NCBI GenBank assembly: GCA_043821285.1
Contig: JBDRCZ010000115.1
Location: forward strand, 1-61,029
Direction of reading: 5' to 3'
DNA: 61,029 nucleotides
DNA from: Candidatus Omnitrophota bacterium
Lineage (GTDB): Bacteria > Omnitrophota > Gorgyraeia > B26-G9 > JBDRCZ01
Shown here: piece by piece, positions 19,357 through 27,320 of the stretch
Layout of the letters: the number at the start of each line of letters is the position of its first letter
Position numbering within the stretch: position 1 is the first letter of the stretch
Translations under genes and position numbers: made by a program
Notes under the pieces: model-generated
Database searches by the model: none
The model's input: only the letters and a program-made list of their open reading frames with translations
What the model was told of the DNA's origin: nothing

Positions 19357-20079
19357 CTAAATCCGGCAAACTTCTACCTTACCCCAAACGCCCAACTCTT
19401 CTCCTTTAATAATAACTACCCCTATAAGCCCCTTTATTTTTCGGGCAAATTTTATCCCTTTAGGGATATCGCTGTTTTTTTTTATAAGATTTCCAATACT
19501 TGTAGCTGCGGCATCCGCCAGCATGGTAGACTTAGATAATACGACCACGGCATCCGCCTGGCCAAAACTCAAAGAATGTCCGACCGTACCTGCGGAAGTG
19601 CAAATGCCTAGGGGGGTATGCTGAGCTTTTATTTTCAGGGCAAGCTTCTTAGTTAACGATGATAAACCCGCATAGATTCCAACAATTCTATCTTTTGAAG
19701 TTTTAATAAAAATATCCCCGCCATTTTCGACAATAATTTGCGCCGAGTATTTTAGCAGTGATTTTCCAACATATTCAGCAATCGCACCAGCCACCGAAGC
19801 AAACGGGCCAACCCCGGCTAAACATGCTGCCCGCGCCATTTCTTTAATTATCAATGGCGTCTTGCCATTAACCCGGCAAGGTTTGAGTATTGTTCTAAAC
19901 CGAGGATTATCTGCAACATATTCTTCTATCTGAGTCCGATATTTGATAATGGAATTTTTTGCCTTAACCGTTACATCACATTCTGCGCTAATAAGAAGGT
20001 CTGTTTCTTTAACTCTAACTTGAGTCTCGATAAGGTCGTCACTTTTAACCCAATCGCGGTACGTTCTTTGCTGAAACAT
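19357..20079 (-). CDS. UPF0280 / COG2122 ApbE-like protein
   Basis: 240 aa with the family blocks ETDLLI, GVGPFASVAGAIAEYVG, IIVENGGDIF, GICTSAGTVGHSLSFGQADAVVV, LADAAATSIGN. Confidence 0.75.
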   Translation of the reverse strand: MFQQRTYRDWVKSDDLIETQVRVKETDLLISAECDVTVKAKNSIIKYRTQIEEYVADNPRFRTILKPCRVNGKTPLIIKEMARAACLAGVGPFASVAGAIAEYVGKSLLKYSAQIIVENGGDIFIKTSKDRIVGIYAGLSSLTKKLALKIKAQHTPLGICTSAGTVGHSLSFGQADAVVVLSKSTMLADAAATSIGNLIKKNSDIPKGIKFARKIKGLIGVVIIKGEELGVWGKVEVCRI

Positions 20080-20487
20080 TTAAAAATGCAGCTCCATTGC
20101 CCGTACCGGACATACCTTTATGCAAAGTTCACAAGCAATACACTTATGATCATAAAAATTGACTTTTCTCGTTAACGGCTCTACAACCAAGGCGCCGGTA
20201 GGACAAATTGGCACACAAACTCCGCAATCCGTACACCTTTTTTCATTACGGATAATATCGCGGGATAACGGTTGTACCTTTACCCCAACCTCTTTTAAAT
20301 ACCTAACACCCTCTTTATAATTTTTATCCTCTCCACATAACTCCAAGACTAATAACCCTTCTTCGTTCGGGGTAACATAGGCCTTGAGGATGTTAAATTC
20401 CAGCCGATAATCTTTAACTAACTTACATACTATCGGCTGCTCCACAAGTTTTTGAGGAAAATGTAATACTATTCTTTTAGAAATCAA
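20080..20487 (-). CDS. NIL-domain / 2x[4Fe-4S] ferredoxin protein
   Basis: 135 aa. N-terminal NIL-like domain, then CTDCGVCVPICP and CIACELCIKVCP clusters. TTG start preceded by GGGGGTGG. Confidence 0.8.
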   Translation of the reverse strand: MISKRIVLHFPQKLVEQPIVCKLVKDYRLEFNILKAYVTPNEEGLLVLELCGEDKNYKEGVRYLKEVGVKVQPLSRDIIRNEKRCTDCGVCVPICPTGALVVEPLTRKVNFYDHKCIACELCIKVCPVRAMELHF

Positions 20488-20557
20488 AATTGACCACCCC
20501 CTAATAAAAAAATTCCTTCGGAATCTTTTTATCCATTTAAAAACCTTTCGTGTTCAA
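20488..20557 (-). promoter_or_regulatory. Structured leader, short form, with mini-ORF MDKKIPKEFFY (20501-20536)
   Basis: Sense strand: TTTGAACACGAAAGGTTTTTAAATGGATAAAAAGATTCCGAAGGAATTTTTTTATTAGGGGGTGG. About 58 nt match the lpxK leader (55827-55890) with 2 mismatches. Confidence 0.55.
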
Positions 20558-20561
20558 ACTT

Positions 20562-21770
20562 TTATTCCACAATCGGTCTTTCCTTTAAAGGCTTAAAGGT
20601 ATAACCGCTATCTGCGCCTGGTAAATAAGCTACTGGTTCAGTAAGCAAAAAATCGCCTTTATTTATCCATTCTTTTAATATCTTGGCAATTTTAACGGCT
20701 TTGGAATAACTCGAGAGATTTCCGGTGGGAACTTCTTTACTTTGAATTGCAATCTTCCCACTATTTAGCTCGGCATAGTTCACTTCTCCCAGACTGCCTT
20801 TTTCTCCTTGCGGATAGACACGGCTATAGTCAACAATTTGTGTCCATATTTGTTCATCTTTTACTGCGGTATACTGACAGATCTCCTCGTTCAAAATCGG
20901 AATCGGTACACCAATACCCACGGTAAGCGTTACCCCATAACCCTGCATCGTTGTCCCTAATAACCACTCTGACTTCATCTGTTTAAGATCGCCAATAACT
21001 GCTAACGTACCTGCTGGTGTCTGGGGAACACCGTTATCTTTACGTTTCACAGCCGGATTATGCTGCGTCCCCTGCCAAATTACGTACCCTTGTCCGCCTC
21101 CTAAAAATATCCTCGTGCCAATCCCAATGGTTTTATAATATGGGTCATTCAAAAGAGGAGAAAGCTGCCCGGCGCTGCAGTAGTTTGCATTACCTAAATT
21201 TGGTTTAAGCGCTCCCATATATGTATAGATCATCTTATCCGATAGGTTCACCGCCACATTATAGTTTTGATAGGCATTACGGGGGTTAAAAAGTACCGCC
21301 TCATTTAAGTCCTTTATATTAATATAGGTCTCTAACTTTTTTCTCGGATAGCAATCTGTGCCATAAGCACTTACCACTAACCTCAAGTCTTTGCCACTTA
21401 CCAAATCTTCTATCGCATGCCCTCCGCCATATCTGAACTCTCCAGGAAAGACCTTATTGAGCGGGTCATCCTCCGGTAAAGCAGTGGCGCCGATACAGAC
21501 ATCTACCGCAGCAAAGCCGGTATAAAGCGGTACATCGTTTAAATACGCCCGGCCGCCGCCAATCTTTATTTTCGGCTTAGTATGGCCAACATTAAAATAC
21601 GCCCCTGACGAACACATCGGGCCAAAGGTCGCGGTAGTTACTACATCTACCCGCTCTGCTGTTTTCGTGATACCATCTTGCTCAACAAGATCAATAATCT
21701 CCTCCGCGGTTACGACCACGGCTTTACCCCTTTTAATCTTTTCATTAATTTCCGCGATTGTCTTTTTCAT
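20562..21770 (-). CDS. DUF39 / COG1900 homocysteine biosynthesis protein
   Basis: 402 aa. AVVVTAEE...VDVVTTATFGPMCSSGAYFN N-terminus is typical of DUF39. Immediately upstream of the NIL-ferredoxin gene, as in the described sulfide-dependent homocysteine pathway. Confidence 0.8.
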   Translation of the reverse strand: MKKTIAEINEKIKRGKAVVVTAEEIIDLVEQDGITKTAERVDVVTTATFGPMCSSGAYFNVGHTKPKIKIGGGRAYLNDVPLYTGFAAVDVCIGATALPEDDPLNKVFPGEFRYGGGHAIEDLVSGKDLRLVVSAYGTDCYPRKKLETYINIKDLNEAVLFNPRNAYQNYNVAVNLSDKMIYTYMGALKPNLGNANYCSAGQLSPLLNDPYYKTIGIGTRIFLGGGQGYVIWQGTQHNPAVKRKDNGVPQTPAGTLAVIGDLKQMKSEWLLGTTMQGYGVTLTVGIGVPIPILNEEICQYTAVKDEQIWTQIVDYSRVYPQGEKGSLGEVNYAELNSGKIAIQSKEVPTGNLSSYSKAVKIAKILKEWINKGDFLLTEPVAYLPGADSGYTFKPLKERPIVE

Positions 21771-21855
21771 CTAACGCCTCCTTAAAATTGATAAGGTCAA
21801 AATTTAACCACAGAGGTCATAGATTTAAAAAAACGTGGTTTAAATATTTTTTAGC

Positions 21856-22036
21856 CACGGATTTACACGGATGTTACACAGATTTTTAATTGAACAACAA
21901 ATCTCTTTCTATTTGTGTCAATTTGTGTTATTCGTGGTTAAATATTTTTTCATCCGTGTTCAATCCGTGGCTTTGTCTTTTTTATCCGTGAAAATCTGTG
22001 GCGTTATCGTTTTTTTTGTAAGGTTAATTATCTGTG
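21856..22036. repeat. Phased heptamer array (3 x CACRGAT, then 8 x ATYYGTG)
   Basis: Sites start at 21856, 21866, 21877 in one orientation. Sites at 21911, 21921, 21930, 21952, 21963, 21984, 21994, 22030 are in the other. Most spacings are near multiples of 10-11 bp. Confidence 0.7.
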
Positions 22037-22069
22037 GTTACTTTCTAGTTTTTCATTTTATTTTCGATA

Positions 22070-22990
22070 CTATTCAAACATCCCTGTGGAAATATACCTT
22101 TCTCCGGTGTCCGGGAAAATTACTACAATAAGCTTACCCTTATTGCTTTCTCTTCTGCCTACATTTAATGTACCCCAGCAAGCAGCACCTGAAGAAATCC
22201 CAACAAATATGCCTTCTTCCTTAGCCAATCTCCTGGCCGTGGAAATAGCATCTTCGTTACTTACCTGAATCACTTCATCAAGTAAGTTCTGCCTTAAAAC
22301 TTCAGGAATAAAACCCGCGCCAATTCCCTGAATCTTGTGCGGGCCAGGCATCCCTCCGGAAAGAACCGGTGAGGATTTTGGCTCTATGGCAATTGCTTGA
22401 ACCTCAGGTTTTTTCTTCTTTATTACTTCCGCTATTCCGGTAATCGTCCCGCCGGTACCTATTCCCGCAACTAAGATATCCACCTTACCATCAGTATCAT
22501 TCCAGATTTCTAAAGCGGTTGTTTTGCGGTGAATCTCCGGATTAGCAGGATTTTTAAACTGCTGCGGAATAAAATATCTCGGGTCACTTTTTGCCAACTC
22601 CTCCGCCTTTCTCACCGCACCCTTCATCCCTTGGCTGCCTGGGGTAAGGATCACCTTGGCGCCAAAAGCTCTAAGTAATGCCCTGCGCTCAATGCTCATT
22701 GTATCCGGCATTGTCAGAACAAGTTTATACCCCCGGCTGGCACAAACAAAAGCTAAGGCAATACCCGTATTGCCACTGGTCGGTTCAAGGATTATTGTAT
22801 CTTTTTTAATCCGCCCGGCAGACTCTGCCGCCTCGATCATACTTACCCCAATCCGGTCTTTTACACTGGCAAGCGGATTGAAGGATTCCAGCTTTGCGAT
22901 AATATCCGCTGGTAACCCCTTAGATATTTTGTTCAGCCGTACCAGTGGAGTGTTTCCCACAAGCTTAGTAATATTATCCGCTATTTTCAT
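22070..22990 (-). CDS. cysK: Cysteine synthase A (O-acetylserine sulfhydrylase)
   Basis: 306 aa. [20 protein letters not shown] (PLP lysine), [22 protein letters not shown]. Confidence 0.9.
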   Translation of the reverse strand: MKIADNITKLVGNTPLVRLNKISKGLPADIIAKLESFNPLASVKDRIGVSMIEAAESAGRIKKDTIILEPTSGNTGIALAFVCASRGYKLVLTMPDTMSIERRALLRAFGAKVILTPGSQGMKGAVRKAEELAKSDPRYFIPQQFKNPANPEIHRKTTALEIWNDTDGKVDILVAGIGTGGTITGIAEVIKKKKPEVQAIAIEPKSSPVLSGGMPGPHKIQGIGAGFIPEVLRQNLLDEVIQVSNEDAISTARRLAKEEGIFVGISSGAACWGTLNVGRRESNKGKLIVVIFPDTGERYISTGMFE

Positions 22991-23004
22991 ACCCTATCTG
23001 CCTT

Positions 23005-24426
23005 TCAACTTGGTATGGTAAAATTTATCTTTGTGCCTTTGCCAATTTCTGATTCTAACTTTATTTCCCCGCCATACGCGGTGACAATACGTTTTACCAG
23101 AGCTAATCCTAACCCCGCGCCTTCAACGTTCCCGGTAAAATGCTTTTCTACCTGATAAAATTTTTCAAACACCTTTTCCTGCTCTTCCGGCGGTATGCCC
23201 GCGCCGTTATCGGCTATTGAAAGTTCTATCTCATCCTGAATTTTTGCTGCTTTTATGCCGAGTATGATGTTATCCTTATCGTTGAATTTAATCGCATTAT
23301 CCACAAGACTGCCAATAACCAGGTCGAAATATATCCGATTCATATTTATCGTTATATCTTTATCCGGACAGTTAATATTCAAGTCTATTTTCTTGTCTTT
23401 AATCGTCCTTATTAATGAATCTACAACTCCCGGTAAATAATCATGGATATTAATCTCTTCTCTTTCGGAACTCAGATTTCGGCTGTTCACGGTTACAAAT
23501 GTAAGGAGGCTTTCAATCAGGGTGTTCAGCTCAAAAGACTGATTTACAATACGATCTATGAATTTCTTTTGATTTTCCTCCAGTTTTTCATTTTGCAGCA
23601 TAATCGCACTCATATTTATCGTACTTGCCGGGGTCCGTAACTTATGCGAAACCAATCCCAAAAAATCCTGTTTCATTAACTCTTCTTTTCTGATAATAGT
23701 AACATCGTGAAATATCATTAAGATACTGCTTATTTCTCCCGCAGGATTTTTTACGATACTTGACCTTGCCTCAATAATAAAAGACTGTACTGTTTCGGTT
23801 TCCGGCCTTTCGATGTCAAATATAAGAGCTTTCGTCTTGAGGTCAGCGCTTAAGTTACCGTCATAGTGGACGTTAAAGTTTTTACTAATATGGGCAATGA
23901 TGTTAACCTGACCAGCGCCGGTACCCAATGATAATAATGCCCGCGTCTTTTTATTCATTCGGGCAACATTATAAGCAGAATCAAGCACGATAATGCCATC
24001 CTCTATATTTTCGATAACGTATTCAAATTTCTCTTTTTCATCCAAAAGGCTGCGGTAATAGCTGATTTTCAAAAGCGCCTTTACCCGTGCGTTAATCTCA
24101 TTCTTATCGAATGGTTTTGAAATAAAATCGTCACACCCGGCCTCAATCCCTTTAATCCTATCCTCCGTTTCCTTAAGGGCGGTTATTAAGACGATGGGAA
24201 TCAGGCGGGTATTTTCGCCGGAACGCAATCTCTTTGTAATCTCAAACCCGTCTATCCCATGCAGCATAACATCAAGTAAAATCAAATCAATTGGGTGAAT
24301 GTTTACTTTTTCTAAGGCCTCTTCGCCGGAATACGCGGTAATCACCTCATATCCCAGAGGTAATAAATTTGCCTCAAGAAGTTTCACGTTGGTTTTTTCA
24401 TCATCCACAACTAAAATTCTCGGCAT
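23005..24426 (-). CDS. Hybrid receiver-PAS-histidine kinase
   Basis: REC domain (RILVVDDE...DLILLDVMLHGIDG), H-box SHKLRTP, HATPase (DNAIKF, DNGAGI, GAGLGL). Start moved to ATG 24426, which follows AGGGAGGA. Confidence 0.85.
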   Translation of the reverse strand: MPRILVVDDEKTNVKLLEANLLPLGYEVITAYSGEEALEKVNIHPIDLILLDVMLHGIDGFEITKRLRSGENTRLIPIVLITALKETEDRIKGIEAGCDDFISKPFDKNEINARVKALLKISYYRSLLDEKEKFEYVIENIEDGIIVLDSAYNVARMNKKTRALLSLGTGAGQVNIIAHISKNFNVHYDGNLSADLKTKALIFDIERPETETVQSFIIEARSSIVKNPAGEISSILMIFHDVTIIRKEELMKQDFLGLVSHKLRTPASTINMSAIMLQNEKLEENQKKFIDRIVNQSFELNTLIESLLTFVTVNSRNLSSEREEINIHDYLPGVVDSLIRTIKDKKIDLNINCPDKDITINMNRIYFDLVIGSLVDNAIKFNDKDNIILGIKAAKIQDEIELSIADNGAGIPPEEQEKVFEKFYQVEKHFTGNVEGAGLGLALVKRIVTAYGGEIKLESEIGKGTKINFTIPS

Positions 24427-24465
24427 ATTTCCTCCCTTTATTCTTTCGGGTTCTGTCAAATACTT

Positions 24466-24583
24466 AACCACAGAGCTCACAGAGAGACTTGGGAATAAAA
24501 CCCTTACAAAATAATCTTATCCCTCTCCTTCTGTGCCCGTTGTGGTTTATTCCATTCTCTTTCATTTTATTTTTGAGACTACC
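24466..24583 (-). repeat. Degenerate copy of the REP/MITE-like element
   Basis: AACCACAGAG...GTTGTGGTT with the terminal TTGAGACTACC (24573-24583), 39 nt from the kinase stop. Same architecture as 9612-9737. Confidence 0.5.
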
Positions 24584-24622
24584 TTCTTTGTTGTTAGAGC
24601 CGATGAAATTAATATTTTTCCG

Positions 24623-26620
24623 TTATTGTTTATACCATGGAATAGTAAAATTAAATTTAGCTCCTCTGTTTTCACCTTCGCTCTCAAACCAGATCCTTCC
24701 GCCATGAAGTTCAACTATTTTTTTACTAAGCGCCAATCCTAACCCTGTCCCTTCGTACTGGCGGGAAATGCCCGAATCTATCTGCTCAAATGCCTTAAAA
24801 ATTTTATTTTTATCTTTATCCTCAATGCCAATTCCCGTATCCCAAACTGTTACCAATAGTTCTTTATCTGTCTGTTGTGCCTCAATGCCAACATCCCCTC
24901 CATCAGGAGTAAATTTTACCGCATTGGAAAGTAAATTATATATAACCTGCTTAATACTTCTTTCATCGGCTCTAATATTTTCAACATTATCTTTGATATC
25001 AACTGAAATTTTAATCCCGTGTTTTAGCGCCTTTTCTTTTATCATAACCACGCTGTTTTCAATAAGTTCTTTGAAGTTAACTTCTGTTAAATATAATTTT
25101 ACCTTTCCTGATTCAATCTTGGAAAGGTCAAGCAGGTCATTAATCAAAGAATGTAAATGTTTTCCGCTGTCTAAAATATCGATTATATATTCCCGCTGCT
25201 TCTCATTTACCTTGCCAAAACCTTCATCCCTTAAGACTTCCGAAAATCCGATGATTGCATTCAACGGCGTTCTCAACTCATGACTCATATTTGCGAGAAA
25301 ATCACTTTTGGCATGATTGGCAATTTCGGCAGCTTTTTTGGCTTCTTCTAATTCTTTTTCTCTCTTCCGACGCTCGGCAACTTCAGCATTAAGATTATCA
25401 ATAGATACTGTCGTCTTTTTTAAATCCCTCGTCATAACATTAAAAGCGTCGGCAAGCTGTTCGATCTCATCGTTTGTATTAATCTCTATTTTGTATTCCA
25501 AATTACCTTTAGCTATTTTCTCCGTGGCTTCATGAAGTTTTTTTATCGGCTTTACAAATCCCCCGCCAAAAATATAACCGGTCAATATCAGTATTATCAG
25601 TAAAATAATTGTTAATACACCCGCATGAAACATAAGTTTATTTAATGGGGCAAATATCTCCTTCCGGTCCTGCATCACACAAATTCTCCAGACAATATTG
25701 TTTGCTAAAAGCAAGGGGTGGTTAACCCTCTCAAGAACAACAAATACCTTCTTTTTTTCACCGTAAGGGGAATCTATAATCATTGATTTGCTTTTGGTCA
25801 TGACTGATTTCAGATAATCCTCCTCAGTAAAAATTCTCTTGGTTAATGGATGAAAGTCGGGATGGTACATAACATAACCTTTTTTAACGACCATGGACAC
25901 CTGTCCTGTTCTGCCTAATTTAAAATTTCTTAATGGCATAAAAAACATATTAACATCTATCACTACCTTACATATTCCGCTTAGATCATTGTTGTTATCT
26001 TTTATAGGCACTGCAATAGGAATTGACCATGCATTACTTGATTCATCAAATTCAAAATCGCCGATAAAAATTTTCCCTTTGCCGGCAGCAAAAGCTTCCT
26101 GCCACCACTTTTCATCTGCCTGATAAAAATCAGTTGTTTTACCTGAAGCGCCTACCAAGCCGCCAAATTTATTGGTTAAGAATATCTCAACTGCATCCTC
26201 TTTTTTCTTTATCAACTCTCTTAGTTCAATACTGACATCGCGTTCTAAAAACTCTCTGACTAAAGAAGAATTTTCCGGCGCCTCAATCCATTGTTTATCC
26301 ATCTGGAGCAGGTATTCCTTTATCGCCTTATTTCCCATAGCTTCATACTTTAAATTACTTTCTCTTATCGCACTCTGCCAAAGCACATCAGAGACATATG
26401 CCTCTATATCTTCTATCTGTTTATCAATTGTTCCTTCCACAGAAACTGATAATATTTGTGCGATTGTCTCATGGTGTTCTACAACTATTTTTTTCAGCAA
26501 GCTAAACCCCCAAAAATACCCTAAACTAATACCTGAAGTTATGACAACTAATCCCGTCACACAGATAAGCAGCGTAATTTTACGTCTAATACTTTTTTTT
26601 TGCTTAGTTAGTATTCTCAT
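24623..26620 (-). CDS. Sensor histidine kinase (periplasmic Cache-like domain, HAMP, HisKA, HATPase)
   Basis: 665 aa. Two TM segments flank a ~300-aa extracytoplasmic domain. HAMP, H-box SHELRTPLNAI, N/G boxes NAVKF, DTGIGI, GTGLGL. Confidence 0.85.
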   Translation of the reverse strand: MRILTKQKKSIRRKITLLICVTGLVVITSGISLGYFWGFSLLKKIVVEHHETIAQILSVSVEGTIDKQIEDIEAYVSDVLWQSAIRESNLKYEAMGNKAIKEYLLQMDKQWIEAPENSSLVREFLERDVSIELRELIKKKEDAVEIFLTNKFGGLVGASGKTTDFYQADEKWWQEAFAAGKGKIFIGDFEFDESSNAWSIPIAVPIKDNNNDLSGICKVVIDVNMFFMPLRNFKLGRTGQVSMVVKKGYVMYHPDFHPLTKRIFTEEDYLKSVMTKSKSMIIDSPYGEKKKVFVVLERVNHPLLLANNIVWRICVMQDRKEIFAPLNKLMFHAGVLTIILLIILILTGYIFGGGFVKPIKKLHEATEKIAKGNLEYKIEINTNDEIEQLADAFNVMTRDLKKTTVSIDNLNAEVAERRKREKELEEAKKAAEIANHAKSDFLANMSHELRTPLNAIIGFSEVLRDEGFGKVNEKQREYIIDILDSGKHLHSLINDLLDLSKIESGKVKLYLTEVNFKELIENSVVMIKEKALKHGIKISVDIKDNVENIRADERSIKQVIYNLLSNAVKFTPDGGDVGIEAQQTDKELLVTVWDTGIGIEDKDKNKIFKAFEQIDSGISRQYEGTGLGLALSKKIVELHGGRIWFESEGENRGAKFNFTIPWYKQ

Positions 26621-26990
26621 CTTTTTTGTCTATTAACATTTTTACTCTTCTGATAAAGTCCTTCGTATCAATGGGTTTCATGATAAAACTATCAAATATC
26701 TTCAGCATCTGGTTTTTTTCTTTTCCCATAACCGTTGCGGTCAACGCCATTACTTTAACCGCGTTAAATCTGCTGTCTTCTCTGATTTTTCTCAAAAGCT
26801 CAACTCCATTCATTCCAGGAAGATGAATGTCCACAATTATTATATCGGGTATTTCTTTTCCCAAAATATCCAGGGCATCTTCACCCCTGGCAGCTTTTAG
26901 CACCTCGTATCCATTAAGTTCTAATAAATCAACTACCAGTTTCATGTTTAAGGGATGATCTTCTACCACGAGTATTTTCTTTTTATCCAT
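26604..26990 (-). CDS. Single-domain response regulator (CheY-like)
   Basis: MDKKKILVVEDHPLN...DIIIVDIHLPGMNG...ALTA. The ORF-track start (27032) lies inside the repeated leader, so the start was moved to ATG 26990. Confidence 0.85.
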   Translation of the reverse strand: MDKKKILVVEDHPLNMKLVVDLLELNGYEVLKAARGEDALDILGKEIPDIIIVDIHLPGMNGVELLRKIREDSRFNAVKVMALTATVMGKEKNQMLKIFDSFIMKPIDTKDFIRRVKMLIDKKDENTN

Positions 26991-27057
26991 TTGAAAACCG
27001 TAGGTTTTCAAACTTTCCCTCCAAAAGATCACCCTCTATCTTGCTACAGGGAATAAT
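26983..27057 (-). promoter_or_regulatory. SD-hairpin-AUG leader element, copy A
   Basis: 56 nt (26983-27038) are identical to 31052-31107. Sense strand: GGAGGGAAAG-TTTGAAAACC-TAC-GGTTTTCAAA-TGGATAA; a perfect 10-bp stem sits between the SD-like GGAGGG and the ATG. Confidence 0.7.
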
Positions 27058-27065
27058 CTAGTTTA

Positions 27066-27311
27066 CACGGATGTTGCGCAAATTTTTTTATCCGGATTCT
27101 ACTTCTTTACTTCCAAAATCTATCACTAAACCCACGACGAGTTTTTTTGTTTTAATTGATTTAATATTTGAGCTTAGTCTTTTTTATCCGTGGTTAATCA
27201 GTGTTAATCCGTGGCTCTGTCTTTTTTTTATCAGACTACCTATCTACGTAATCTGCGTCATCCGTTGTTCTGTGGTTGCTTTTCGGTTTTTCATAACACA
27301 CTTGACACTAC
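27066..27311. repeat. Second phased heptamer array plus TTGACACTAC terminal motif
   Basis: CACGGAT at 27066; ATCCGTG 27186, ATCAGTG 27197, ATCCGTG 27207 (spacing 11, 10); weaker copies at 27242-27274. AATCCGTGGCTCTGTCTTTTTT matches 21962-21982. TTGACACTAC at 27302-27311. Confidence 0.6.
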
Positions 27312-27320
27312 AAACTTGGC

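Noticed and set aside
21950-22000. DnaA boxes / replication origin (TTATCCGTG resembles TTATCCACA)
   Set aside because: The last three positions (GTG vs ACA) differ consistently. No dnaA/dnaN context. The same heptamers are dispersed over many spacers rather than clustered at one origin-like locus.
21800-22060. CRISPR array
   Set aside because: The repeat unit is only 7 nt at ~10-bp spacing and changes orientation. There are no 25-40-nt repeats with unique spacers, and no cas genes in the window.
21871-22131. Hydrophobic small + strand ORFs translated from repeat arrays (21871..22131, 6084..6296, 27071..27379, 9552..9875, 17138..17413)
   Set aside because: Their apparent membrane-like sequences (many F, I, V, C) result from translating T/G-rich heptamer repeats. 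They span spacers plus the 3' ends of real genes and have no ribosome-binding sites.
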